Source: the human T2T-CHM13v2.0 reference genome, Homo sapiens. From it: a DNA stretch of 64,000 bases. Where the stretch lies: assembly GCF_009914755.1 (NCBI RefSeq), contig NC_060931.1. One strand, given 5' to 3'. Under the pieces are notes generated by a model, which did no database searches, was not told the DNA's origin, and was given only the letters and a program-made list of their open reading frames with translations. A program made the translations under genes and the position numbers. Of this stretch, positions 41,861 to 56,237 are shown piece by piece. Every line of letters begins with the position of its first letter. Position 1 is the first letter of the stretch.

Positions 41861-43300
41861 TATTATCCATTTGTTTATCGAATGTGAAACTTGGGGGGCT
41901 TGGGCTTGTTTATGTCTTCTTTCTTTCCTTAATGACAAACCTCCTAACCAAAGGAAGTAGATACATCATGCGCGATTAAGAATTAATAAGCATGCTGTGG
42001 TGATGATCTACCTCAGAACAAATCACCTCACGACCATCCTGAACCCATTTCACATCCACCCACAGCGTTTTCCGTGAGATGCACTGTTTCACTTAACTTG
42101 CTCAGCACACAAGCCCCACATGTCAAGTTATGGATATCCAGGAAAAGCACTAGGAGGGTGTCTGATATTTCTGTGTCAGCTGAGACAAAAGCATTTGACA
42201 CTTCCCGTCAGCTGGCATTGACTAAGGTATTCTAGGCTGCCTTAAATAATGTGATGTGAAGGCAACAGTAGAAGCTGGGGGTGGGTTAGTGGGGAGAAGT
42301 AGAGTTTTACAAATCCACAATTAAAAAAGAATTTGAGCCTGTCAAAATACCTTTCAAACTTTCTCATATCCTACTTCCCAAGTTATAATCCCAGAGGAAA
42401 ATCAGCTGAAGAGAAAATGTTCTGCTGCCCCTTGTTCGTAGTGGGGTGCAGGTAATCAGGACTTGGCAATTTGTATCTCTCCCTCTGACGTACAGTGCAG
42501 CATTTGTATAATTTATCTCTTCATACATATTTCATTATTATTAATCATCATAAATAAGTAAATCAGATCTTTTAATGACATAGGGGTTGAAGAGATAGAC
42601 TGTCAGGGTGTGACAGTGCTGCATAGTCATCATTAGGGGGATTTATTATTTTTGAAAAAAGCAAGTTAAAAGACTCAGCTCAGTAGTCAAAACTGCAATT
42701 TGGGTTTTATTGCGCAAAAACCTAAAGTGGAAACACTTCTTCTGAAACTGTTTAACATACATGTAATTCAAACAACCTTCTTTACAAGGCCTTCAGTGCA
42801 TTCACGCTAATACAACAAAGTTCTCTGCCCAAGTTATTCCTTTCAAACTTCATAGTTCAAGCGCAACATGAATACCTTGGCCATAGGAACTCACTGAAGC
42901 AGCAAACACTGAGCTCAGTATCTCTCCTTCAAATAACAGGATTCTGGGGAAGCCTCATTTTGCTCCCTTCAGAGGCAATTAATGGTTTTGAATATACCTG
43001 GAGATTATTCATTCTAGGAGACATCTCAAAGCTGCAGGTCACATTTCACTTTGGTCTGGTAAGAATCCAAATAAAAGAGAAATTTAAAAATGTAGGCAAT
43101 TTTTATTTTAATATTTTTGCCTGCAAACTGTTCTTGCTTCCTTTGGCAAAGAAATAAAAATTTCCATTCTAGGGAGCTTCAATGTATCACATGAATATTA
43201 CATTTTTACCTCAATTTAACCATTTCAAACAGGAGGGGGAAAAAAAAAGCTTAAAGAAGAGCCAGTGCCGGGCAGGGTGGTTTGGTTCTCCAGAGCTTAC

Positions 43301-43385
43301 CTGGAGAGATGGCCACCGTGGAAAGAGGGTCAGCACACATCAAGGAACTGCCTCTTTTAAAGGCTGCTGTATGATCACTGACTCA
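43301..43385 (-). promoter_or_regulatory. Candidate minus-strand promoter and short first exon
   Basis: AP-1 site TGACTCA (43379-43385), TATA-like TTTAAAAG (43354-43361, minus) and strong donor CAG|GTAAGC at 43301/43300, all in non-repeat DNA. Motif-level evidence only. Confidence 0.35.
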
Positions 43386-43570
43386 TAATCCCACAGGCTC
43401 AGCATGATCTCAGGTGCTTTTGATTTCTGGTTTGGGTCATCATTGAAAAATGGACAGAATATATCATGAGGTTTGTAAGGTGACTTCAAACTCTTATAAA
43501 AAATGGCCTTCTCACTTAAAATTTAAATATATATTTCTTACTGCACTGTATAATAGGGTTTACTCTAAAT

Positions 43571-43739
43571 CAATGCTCTCAACCCCAGCGAACGTTAGAA
43601 TCCCTAAGGGAGCTTTAAAAACAGTAGGAATGCCCAGTCTCACCCAGTATCTGATTTTAATTGATCAGAGGTGCGGCTCAGAAATTTTTTAAAAGTTTTC
43701 CAGATGATTATATTGTGCAGCCAGGATTGAGAACAACTG
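43571..43739. mobile_element. MER5A1-like MITE
   Basis: caatgctctcaacc...gtgcagccaggattgagaacaactg, with a perfect 8-bp hAT TSD CTCTAAAT. Confidence 0.88.
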
Positions 43740-45819
43740 CTCTAAATGCTTAGAATACGGATGGAAATTATCTTGATTACTTTTCTAAGCATGCTTCATG
43801 TTTTAGTTTATGAGATGGAGGAAGGACATTTATCATTGATATGTCATATCGCAGGACCTTGAAGCTTAGTCTGAAAAGTTTTGAGAAAATGATTTGTTTC
43901 CATATTCTTTTTCTTTATCTTTTAGCATTTGTTTTATTTCCGGTTTTTCTAAAAGACACACACATGTAAAAACAAAAATATACAAAAAAATTCTGAAGTC
44001 ATCTTTGAAACTTTTTTTTTTTTAAAAAAAGGTTATTACTGGAAATATATTATCCATGACAGTGCTTCATACTTCTTTTGGGATAACTTAAAATTTTATT
44101 TTTTTTTACTCCTCCCTTTTTTTCTTCCTTCCTTCACCAAACAAACATACGTAAAGCATCAAATGATTCATCAAGAGATTGAAAAACAAATTCTTATCAC
44201 ATGACAAAGTAGATGGAGATTCACACTTTTTAAAATCAGTACCACACACAATATCAATATTCCTCTCTAGAGTGGAGTAAGGAATTGAAGTAAATATCAA
44301 AACAAAACAAATATGTATATACAAAGTAATGCTACTGATTATAATGACCATGGGTACTTTTTTGCCTGAATTATTTGGTAATTTAATATATTTTTTGAGC
44401 AAGTTAAATGACCATAAATAATGTTAGGAGCCAAAACAAAAGGAAGGGTGCAGTAGTGTGTGGTTTGTATTAAAAGAAAAAAAATGAACTTTCCAGAATT
44501 GTAGAGAAGAAAAGTCTTTTGGAAATCATTATGTCCATTTGCCTTCAATTTATAAATAAGAAAATTTAGGCTAAGAAAACTACCAGTTTTTCTCTTGTCA
44601 TTTCTTTGGTTATATAAAGAGCAAAAGCAACTGACTTCTCTCACAGACAAAAGTACAGTTTAAAAGTTAGAAAAGTGTTTACAAGTAAGTGAGTTTTAAA
44701 AATTGAGTCCAAATTAAAGGATATCCAAATAGCTCTTTTACTAAATTTTGTGTATCTGATGGATTTTATACTGAAGAAGGAAAAGTGAATATAGATATTT
44801 GAGGATGTTGATATCAACAAAATTAAAAGTATTTGAAAATCTCTTGCAAAGCATGATGTATGAATGTGTTACCATGTAATTATCTAGAGCTCTGCACCTT
44901 GCAACAGAGTGAAAGTAAGTGCCTGTGATTAGGTCCCATTATACGTAATGAACCTATTACGACACATCTGATCTCAAAATGGATTTACACTAATAAATAC
45001 TTTTATCAAAAAAATGCATGCTAAAAGTAAATATTTGATTTAAAAACTATACTGGTAAAACATATTTAATCACAAATATGTTAAATAATAGATTCTTTCT
45101 TCTAATAAACACTAAATAGAAATGAGAGATGCCCATTACATGCTGATTTTTTTTTTGTTTCATTAATACTAAATGTTCAAGGCTATGGTACTATATTTCA
45201 CCCTCTAATTGAACAATTTAATGTCCAGATAATAGAAGCTCCAAATATATTGTTACCATAGTGAACATTATTTAAAATATCTTAAACACCATGCATGTCC
45301 AGGCAGAGGCTTTTATTCAACACCATGAATAAAAGATGTACTCATATTTGCCAGTGAGATTTGGGAAAAGAAGATTAAAACTGCTGAGAGACATTGTTTC
45401 TTAGTGCTCTAGAATATAGCTAGAAATACCTGCACGATTTTAATGTAGACCAGGGAAATGGTCTTCATCTTGGAGGGCTAAATAAGATGTCAAAATTAGA
45501 CTGAAAGTTTCTCCAGTCTCTGAGACACAAATTCCTGAAATACTCCAGGAAATTCCGGAATTAGCTGGCATTCAGCACCTAGCTAATCATGAACTATTTA
45601 CATGCATTCATGTGATAATCTGGATGGGGACACAGGACTGGAGTCCTTTTAGAGTTCTTTGTATTAAGGTAGAAATGGGTCAGATTCTTGGTTCATTTTG
45701 TTTTGCAGTAGAACCTTGGACCCACTATGGAATACTCACAGCAGTCGAAGGAAAGGCTGGAATGAGACTGGCTTCTGGGAAGAATTACAGCAAAGCCATC
45801 AAGAAACTGCACTTTGGGG

Positions 45820-46020
45820 TCCTATACAACTGAATACTAGTTTGAACTCTAGTTTCATTACTAATAATCTTTAAGATATTGCCTAAATTATTTAATCTAA
45901 GCCTTAATTTTCTTATCTGTTAATCAGTAACATCTATTTTGAAAGGTTATTTTGAGGATAAAAAGAGATTGTCTATGTAAAGAGTTTAATACAATGCCAG
46001 CACATAGTAAATGCACAAAA
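45820..46020 (+). mobile_element. MIR
   Basis: gccttaattttcttatctgt...tgaggataaaa...caatgccagcacatagtaaatgc. Confidence 0.75.
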
Positions 46021-46054
46021 CTTTTACTCATTCAGTAAGTACTTCTATGAATCA

Positions 46055-47069
46055 GTGGAGTGGACTCCATAATTTTTGGGGTCCAGTGGAAAATAAAAAT
46101 GTGGGCTTTCTTGTTCAAAAGGCAGGAAAAATTGTTATAAAGGTATTAAAATATAAAGCTTTTTCTTTCTTCAGCAATCTCTTTGACGTATCATGGGTTT
46201 TTAAAAACATTTTCATTTTTTAAAAAATATAATTTTAAATTATTAATATCACTTTTACCAATTATTTTTATATTGTGGCATGCCAGTTTTGAATGAAAAT
46301 ATAAGTGCATTTAACATATATCCAGATTCGCCCAAATGATGCAATTTGTATTTTACAGTTTGTATAAACATCTATTTCATTCCTATAAAATAGTAAAACA
46401 CTGCATAAAACTAACTCAATTGGTTCATTTTCACTTCTTAATGTGTGCACATTCTACCAATACTCATTATGTTTGTCTTGAGTAAGGAAGAACTGAAAGG
46501 AAAGGGAACTGTGGGTTGCCCTATCTGCCATTCCTTTGTATGTCATCATTTTCTATGTCTGTGGTGAGCTAGTGAAGTAGTAGAAAGAAAGAATATAAAA
46601 GGGTGACTCGGTCATTATTGTTTCTTAGCACACCATTGCCTTCTAATTGGTTGGTTAGAACACCAACACCTTGTGCTTTTGAAGCAAGTTCCAGTTTGAA
46701 TAGAAAGCCTGGACTCTTGGGTCTGTCAGTACCTCACTTATGCAGACATGAATGTAATACACTTACCTTGTACTTGCTTTGAGTCTTGTTGCATGCCCAC
46801 ACTTGTGGACCCATTGGAATTCTGCACTGATGGGGCACTGTGAATGCAACATGAAAATGATGCAGCAAAGAAGAGAGGACATATATTTTGAGTGTATTTC
46901 CTCTGCTCACATGCATATTTCAGTGTCCCATTGGACTTCACATACAAAACACAAGTTCAAAGATAAAATTATGAATCTCCAGATGGCAACAGCAGATTAA
47001 TTAATTAATTAAGCCAAGCAGAGACCTCAGTATAATTGCATAGGTTATGCACCCATGAAGCCAGCCCTT
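46055..47069 (-). mobile_element. MER45B-like hAT-Tip100 element (~1 kb)
   Basis: The ends cataatttttggggtccagtggaaaataaaaatgtggg and gcacccatgaagccagccct match MER45 termini, and the length fits the B form. Confidence 0.8.
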
Positions 47070-47910
47070 TGTGTTAGGCAATGCTTTACGTGTTGAGAAA
47101 CAGAGTTGAAGAGTAATGTCTGTGCCATTGCTTCACAGAGCTTACAAGTATATGAATAGATAAGTAAAGAAACTTCAGAGGGTGATAAGTGTAATTAAAA
47201 TAAGAAAATTGTTGGTGCATTACAGATAAGTGATTGGATGGACCATTTTATATATGGTCATTAAGAAAAGCTTTTCTGGGGAGCTGACATTTGAGCTGAG
47301 ACTTACATAGGACAAGGTGTTAGACATACAAAGATCTAAGGAAAACCAGTTCCTGGCTGAAGGAGCAACACACACCATGATTTCAAGGAGGGAATGAGTT
47401 TGGTGAGTTGCATTGCTACCAATTACAGGGTAGCTTGATGGTGTCTGGAATGAACACAGGTCCTCTGGCACATTGCTACTCAAAGTGTGCTCCCAGGACT
47501 AGTGCCATCAGCATCACCTTAGAGCTTATTACAAATGCAAGAATTTTGTTTCCCACCCCAGACCTTTGGAATAAGAATCTGCATTTTTAGCATTTTAGCA
47601 TGACCCCAAGGTGATCTGATGCATATTGAAGTTTGAAAGGCACTGAGTTAGAAGACCAGTATGTTTGAAGTCTAATGAATAAGTAGGATGAGCTTGGAGA
47701 GGAAGGTGGGGCCAGATCTTGTAAGCTTTATCAACCAAAAAAAGAATTTAGATATTCTTCTAAGTGCAAAGAAATCTATTAGATAATTTTAAAAGGGGAA
47801 TGCAGTTGGGAATAATAGAGATTTTCATGGTTGAGAACCACTAGAAAGGGTAGAGAGATGCCAAAAGAGATGTGAGAACAATTTACAATTTTCCAAATTG
47901 CTCTAAGCCT
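47070..47910 (-). mobile_element. L2a interrupted by MER5B (47471-47645)
   Basis: L2: gagctgacatttgagctgagact and gggccagatcttgtaagcttt. MER5B: ctactcaaagtgtg...aatctgcatttt...gaagtttgaaaggcactg. Confidence 0.8.
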
Positions 47911-49743
47911 TCTCAGTGATGACAATACCACAGAACAGCCATAGAGTTCACCCAAGGGTGTTGATCCCACATATAGACCTTTGTCATAGTGTGTTATATC
48001 ACTGTATTGTTTGCAATTGCATTTGTTTCTTTTCTACTAACCAAAAATTTTTCTACAGCATAAATCACATTTTGATCTTCTTTGTACTTTTAAGGTCCTT
48101 TAAGATTGCTTGGTGCATAGTTTTCTTGTAAGCGTAATAAAAGTGTGTTGATTTGTGTTGATTGAAAAAATGTAGTTAAGAACAGGAGAGCTATGCATTT
48201 TTATAGGACACTAGCCTGTCCTCAACTCTTCTTCATTTCCTCATGCTTTGAGCACATCAAATTTTAAAATGCAGTAGTAGGAGAAAAATACTGAAATGTT
48301 TGAATGCATGACTCTTTAGCTGAATAACAGTAATTTTTATATTTGTTAAAACTTCTAAAATGATACTTGTTATAATTCTTTGACACTGTGTTGGCATCAG
48401 GCATTTGTTCTATGAGATATATTATAAAAGCCCAGGAGGGCAGTGTTGCAGAGTGGCACATTCAGAAACCAAGCAAATGACACACACCGTCTTCCATGAC
48501 ACATCTCTGGCCTCAGACCTGTTGTCAGAGCTCTTTGAACTCTTAGCTCCTGAATTGATAATTTACCTTTGTCTAGAAAAATTCAGGAGATTCTAATGGG
48601 GCTACTCCCTAACTCTATACTATGGGAAACTCCTTCTGAGTAGGAAGAGAAGCACAACCTCATTTGCTGCTTCCCAGGTGTTTCTGTTAACAGGTAAAAG
48701 TTGACAACAGCCAAAGTCAAAATTCAGTGTAAGAGAACATTTAAGAAGAACTAGTTGCTGTTATTTTCTTCAGGAAATATACCAATCGTTATATTTCTTA
48801 TTACTTGATTGACACATTAGTTTCTGGCCTCCCTGCTTACCACATCTAAAATAGGATTAAGACTTTTTTTGAATTAGTGAATTACAGTTCAGTTAGATAG
48901 ACTGTATCATATTATACTGAAAGCTTCTATGAAATCTAATTTGATTTCACTGCTTCCAACATAAGAGCAAAAAAGAATTGTTATCAATTCATTTATTGAG
49001 TTTCAGTGCTGAAAGTTCCCTATTTTTTAATCAATATACACTGTACTTACTTGAAAGCCTAAATCTAAGTTTGAATCACTCTTTTGAATAACAGGCTCCC
49101 TTTCCATCAGTGAAAGGTTGGTTTGTCAGCATGGATTCACTCTTGAGTACATAATCATTTTAGTAACCTGTGAGTACGTGTCAAACATTATGTGCTGGAA
49201 CATGGTGTCAACTATGACTAGTTTAATAGATATTTCTCCCTGCTCTGGCCATTCATCATGTCTATAGCTATATCTTCACCAAAGGACTAGGTACAATAAA
49301 CGTGCTTCTCATGGAGATTTTTATCAATGTCAGATTATAAACACAAAATTCCTCAGGCAGAAGATAATCTTTCAGGTGGTTAAGAATTTTATTTATTTAT
49401 TTTGCACATATGTAAATGCAAAGAAGATTCAGGCTTCTTGCCATTCCAGCTATCAGGGGTGTTACCTTCGTTTTTTGATGCTAATCCAGCTCCTTAGATT
49501 TTATACATCAATTTTTAAAATTAGAGAATTAGGAACTGAACCTGCGAGCCGTAAATTACAAGAAAAAAATAGTAGGCATCAGAAAACTTAGAAAATTAAC
49601 ACACCTGATCTTGCTGTGTGTATCATCTTTATAAAATCCTGAATGACTGAAAGTCACTGTACCCCATTTCATTATACAACAGCCACTCGAGGTGCTTTAA
49701 TATCTTGTATCTCATGTTTCTATTTCTTGTGTACCATGATACT

Positions 49744-50160
49744 TGCTATGGATTGAATGTTTGTCCCTTCCAAAATTCATGTTAAAACTTAATCCCAATG
49801 TGGCAGTATTGAGAGGTGGGGCCTTCAAAAGGTGATTGGGAAATTACGGCTTTGCCCTCATGAAGGAATTAAACCATTCACAGATCAATGGATTAATGAA
49901 TTATCATGGGAGTGGGACTGGTGGCTTTTCAAGAAGAGGAGGAGAGATCAGAGCTAGCAAGCTCAACCCCTCCTCATGAGCTGCTCTGCACTACTCAGGG
50001 ACTCTGCGAGGGTCCCCGCCAGCAAGAAGGCCCTCATCAGATGAAGCCTCTTGATCTTGGACTTCTCAGCCTCTATAACTTTATGAAATAAATTCTTTTC
50101 CTTTATAAACTACCCAGTTTCAAGTATTCTGTTATAAGCAAGAGAAAAAGGACTGAGATA
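49744..50160 (+). mobile_element. MSTB-like MaLR solo LTR
   Basis: tgctatggattgaatgtttgtccc...ccagcaagaaggccctca...cttggacttctcagcctc...ggactgagata. Confidence 0.92.
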
Positions 50161-50318
50161 GTAAACTACTGGGCCCCCACCCCTTCAATGAGAATTTTAC
50201 TGCTGAGGCCATTTAACTTCATACTAGATTCTGGAACAGGTCATGTTCTATGGAATAAAAGATAAGTGGTTACAAGATGAGCTCTGAATCTAGGCTTACC
50301 TAATTCTCTGATTTGGAT

Positions 50319-50371
50319 CCTGGATCCCTGCCTTGATGCCTGGATCCCTGCCTTGATTCCTGAATCCCTGC
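50319..50371. repeat. 20-bp tandem repeat, ~2.6 copies
   Basis: Unit cctggatccctgccttgat(g/t). Confidence 0.9.
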
Positions 50372-50919
50372 AATGACTGGGACTGCTTTCCCCAGACTAG
50401 GTTCTTTCTGTTGGAGCCTTCCTATGCTCATTCGCAGGTCAAGCCAATCCCAATCCACCCATCTGCTTCACTCTCTGGCAAATGCTGCCATTCTCCTTGA
50501 GAGGTCAGGTGCCCCTGAAGGTGAAGATGATCTGGTTTTTTTTTTGTACACAGTTTTATCTCTTTAGCCAACAGTACTCACATCATTCTGTCTCTTAGAA
50601 TTCAAGACAGATCTTTAATTTCAGATTCCCATTTTCTCATACTAAAACCCCCCCACCCTTGGCCTTTCTTTCATGATTAGCCTTCTAGCTTCTATATGTT
50701 TATGAATCCATATAAATATGATTTTTTTTGTGATTGAACTCTGTTGAGCTGCCTGAGCTTGAATTATGAGTGGAAGGGATTCTAAGAAATCTGGTGGTTG
50801 ATATATTATAATTCTTGGCAAAATTATTAATCTTGGAATATTCATTTTGCTCTGATAGTGTATGGTAGCACATAAACCATTCTATTACACAGATAGTAAA
50901 TCTGAATAATAATTTCTAT

Positions 50920-51155
50920 TTTGGGTACTTGCTATGTATCAGATATTTTGTTCATTGGCTTATAAACATTGCTTGATGTTTACAATGTCTTCAGTCTCAA
51001 AAGAATTTTATGAAGTAGGTGTTATTTCTCACATTGTACAGATGAGACCCAGAGAGATTGAAACATACACCCAAGTGACAGCCAGTAAGTGCAGGAAACA
51101 GTTTTTGACCCTCAGTGTGTCTAAGTCTAAAATCATATTCTTAATCACTACATTA
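50920..51155 (-). mobile_element. MIR
   Basis: gtaggtgttatttctcacattgtacagatgagacccagagag...ttcttaatcactac. Confidence 0.75.
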
Positions 51156-52219
51156 AATATGTGTTTAAAGACAGTGTATATTTCAAATTTCTTAATGGTT
51201 TGTATTGCCTTCTGCTTCAATAAGATTGCATCAATAAGGTTTTATTGTAGATTATGTGCTTTAAAACACCCAAATGTCTGATGCTAAAGTAACAGAGTGG
51301 TTTAAAGTGATTTTATCTAACAACCTTTTGCCTCTGTCTTATCCAAGATATTGGTTGCCTGTGTGGAAAAGCACAATACTAGCACGATTTTTCCACTTCG
51401 AACATGAAGCCCTTCCTCTAAATACCAGAAACAAAAATAACAGCAGTGGGTGAACATTTTTCAAAAAAAACATTTATTTCCTATCCAGATATAGAAAAAC
51501 ATGAGACAGCTTATGACATTGAGACAACAATAGAAATGATTAGAAATAAAGACACAATAAGAAATAGAAGCTACAGGCAAAAATCAAGCACCATATTTAG
51601 TACTAAAAGCTAAAATAAGAGGGAAGTCTGTGGAGTTATAACATTTTTATTCTCAAAAAAATAAAACATCCATTCTTTAGACATCTAACGGGACCAAGAT
51701 GTTCTGATTTGAAGAACTAATCACGATGATTCAATTGGCTTTTTTCTTATATTGATTAAAGGAGAAGGGCATCATGTTAAATCTTAAAGAGAGAAAAGAA
51801 GACTAACATTTGGTGAATACCTATTTGTGCATAACATTACATGAGGCATTTTTACATTGCTTAAGCACATCTTCCCCCCAAAATCTCTAAATGGATACCT
51901 CTACTGTAGCAATACTGAAAGTGTGCTGATGCCCCTCTTCCCCCTGCTAGACTGTAAACTCCTTGAATAGAGAGATGTCTTATTCATCCTTTCTTAAAAT
52001 CTATGTATCTGTCAAATGGAATGTGATCTTTCCTATCATTTCTAAAGTAGCCATATTCCCACAAAATCACTGCTCATTCTGTTTTATTGTCTTCGTAGTT
52101 TCCATTACTTATCTGAGTTTATAGTGAATGACTTCTTTATTGCCTTTTTGTTTTCTGAATATTTTACTAACATACAAGCTATCAGGACATGGAATTTGGC
52201 AGCCTTGTTCAAAGATTTA

Positions 52220-52249
52220 ACCTTATCCCTTAAGACCTTATCCCTTAAG
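52220..52249. repeat. Perfect 15-bp tandem duplication
   Basis: accttatcccttaag occurs twice in tandem. Confidence 0.95.
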
Positions 52250-52379
52250 TGTTAGTGTATGGTCAAAATTCATATTGGCCAATAAATGAATAAAACTTTG
52301 TACAGCTAACTGCAGCACAAAATATGATTCCTAACAGGTACTCTAAATTTGTTTGCTGAACCAGCCTGAATTTCTAAAA

Positions 52380-52500
52380 TTCCCTTACTGGTGAGGAAAC
52401 TGGGCTCGAGGAGATTAATTTTTTCAAGGTTACACATTTAACATTTGGAGAGGCTGGAATATGACCTCAGGTCTATACATACCCTATGCTCAACCAACAC
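52380..52500 (-). mobile_element. MIR fragment
   Basis: ggtgaggaaactgggctc...caaggttacac...ggctggaatatgacctcaggtct. Confidence 0.7.
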
Positions 52501-55026
52501 TGCCTCAGGGAAATGCAAGAATAGTGTGCAGCCATGTTGATTTCCGGTGATGCATCTCATTAGAGAGATAAATCTTAGACAATCTAGAGAGATGAATGGA
52601 TAGTTAATTTCACATAAGCTTTGGCAATTGAAATCAATTCATGGGTGATTTCTTTGTCTTATTAAATTAAAAGAGATCCATAAGCTTTACCAATCAGATA
52701 AGGGTGATGCAGAATTATTACTCTGTTGTAAAAGGTGAAGAACTTAAAATGTACTTTCCTTTAAAAGGCCAGCCCACTTCTAGATGGAAGAGGGCAAAGA
52801 GGGTACCTTTCGGAAGGATCAAATTTTTCCTTAAAGGGAACTTTAAATCTACTCCAGCCCTTGAAAAAAAATACTTGTTACAACATGTGTCATTGCTTTA
52901 TTAAATAACATGAAAAAGGCATTTAGTCTTGAAAAAATGTTAATGGCGTATATTAGTAATGGAAGTGAGTTGGCCAGAAATAAGTTTATATATGTCCTAT
53001 GAAATGTTTAGTTTTCTGAAAAATGCTTTATCATGGTAGCTGATCAAGATGAGTGAGATACAAAATGCAGCCAAAGTAGCTGAATGAATTGGCCTGTTGA
53101 ATTAGGTTTTTAGTATTGTTTACCTGAATAATAATGTTTACCAAATATAGATGGAAATAATTTTTACTAAGCTGCTACTTCTGACAATAATTAATAGCTA
53201 CTGTCAGCTGCTTCTGAAAGTCTGCTCCTAGTTAAACATAATAAAAAACATACGTAGCAGAGAATGACTCATGATTTGCCCATGTAGTAGAAATAACATA
53301 TGCCACAGAGTCCATCACACCCAGCTTCAAATTTTGATTATGCCACTTAATAGAGGAGAGAGACTGAGGATGTTACCCCTCTCATCTTAGTAAAGTTGTT
53401 TTGAAAGTGATATGGAGTAATATATGTGAAGTACTTTCCCAATCCAGTGCTTGCCCAAAGCAGTTGGAACTCAGTAAATCTTCTACAACCTAGATACACA
53501 CTCTAAAATTGTGTCTTACATTTGACCGAAGCACTAGGAGAGAATTCAGATCTTCATTGTATCTGTTCAAGAAAATAAAATGCACTCTAATTCGTAACTA
53601 ACTGCAATGTTTCCTAAATTCCTTCTTTTTTCCTCCAACATTTTTATGCCTTCACAGCTTCTCTGATGCCTCTCGCTTAGTGAGAGGATAAATAAGCCTC
53701 TCACTTATTTATCCCTTAAATAACAATTACAACTCATTTTTTTCTAAACCCAGTTTACATCATTAATGAATTAATTTTATTTATGGTTGGTGTCTACAGA
53801 ATGCTAGAAGCAACTAGATAGTTACATACAGAGAATTTCATTATAATTCATTCACGCAAAATAAAAGTAAATTAGGGCATTCAGTCTTCAATCTAAAGCT
53901 GGGATGGCTCTAAGGTTAGGGGAATTCTATTTGAAGATTGGAGAATCAGCTTGTACAAAACTGCTAGACTGGAACACCCCTCCAACCTGCCCAATGCTTC
54001 CCAGTGTCTTGGCCCTGAGCTCCATCATTCAAACTTGGTTTTGGTGTATGACTAAGGTAGGCACAGAAAGAATTGGAGAGATTTCTTTAGGTTACAAAAA
54101 TGTCCAGCATTGCTTAATAAATCTTGACTACAATTTGTTTCTTCAACTTTTATATAGAACAAGACTTGTTCTTTAAGCTGTGTTCTAAGCCTGCCAATGA
54201 AAGGCTTATAGTGAACACAGACATGGAGTACTTTTACCTCTTTATTGATTTGCAGCTATAAATGCCCATTTCTATCCACTTTGCTATACACTTGGTTCTA
54301 AATGAAGTCTTCCAAGGAAATCAAGTCACAATCACTTTAGGTTGGAAATCCTTCTAATAGACTTTCACTTAAGCCCATGCTTTCTCAACATTCAGGGCCT
54401 AACATGATTTCAACATGTGGATTCCATGAACTACCCAGAAATTTAAGTCTCTGCTCCTATTCCAGGCACAATATTGCCTAAAATTCTTTGGTTTCTGGCA
54501 GAGCGAAGCCACTGTGAGTGGTTCCAAAGCTTGCTTAATTGCAAGCCACAAGAGGGCAGCCATGTCCCAGGGCTTCCATTTCTGTGGCTGTATGGGGCAG
54601 CATCCCTAAACCAATTTGAGTAGCTCCAACACTGACATCTCTCTATCCAAACTAGATGTCCATAGAGGTTGAGGTTAAAATTAGTTTTGATTTTACAACT
54701 TTACAACTGAATTTTGAAAATTATACATAACATTACATAAATCTGGTTTTCTTCCCCCAAATTCCAACATCAGTGTTGAGATTTATGTGTCTCTCTAAGT
54801 TGAAGTTGTATTCTCAGAACCATAACTTTCATGTTTGGACAATAGACACCTATTTCCCACAAAATCCTAATAGTGACATGAGAATTTATCTGGATCAAAT
54901 CTAGAAAGTTACCCTTTAATCTGAGGTGTGGTTAAGCATATTACCAAAGAGTTACAAATCTATAAAGAACCCCCAAAATGTAAAAGCTGGGACCCAACAA
55001 GACATTGCCTTTAAAAGTGTTGTATT

Positions 55027-55921
<895 letters not shown>

Positions 55922-56170
55922 CTAACTAACTCCTATGGCCATTTAAGTTTGAAGTTTCTTGTCTTAAACTATTCAACTCCCAAGTTGATCATTATTTTAT
56001 TCTTCCTGCAGTTTCCCTATACTTCCACTTCTCTCAGTATCTTTAGCTAAAGGCCAGGAATTTGTCATTACTTTCGCATAAAAGAGAGCTCTGTTTCTCC
56101 TCAGCCTATGATCGATTCAAAGCATGCCTCTTTTCCTGCTCCCCCTCCATACAATGTCATCGGTCTCATT

Positions 56171-56237
56171 ACACACACACACACACACACGCATGCACAC
56201 TCACAGTCATGCACACACACATGCATTACACACACGC
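56171..56237. repeat. Degenerate (CA)n
   Basis: Read directly. Confidence 0.85.
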
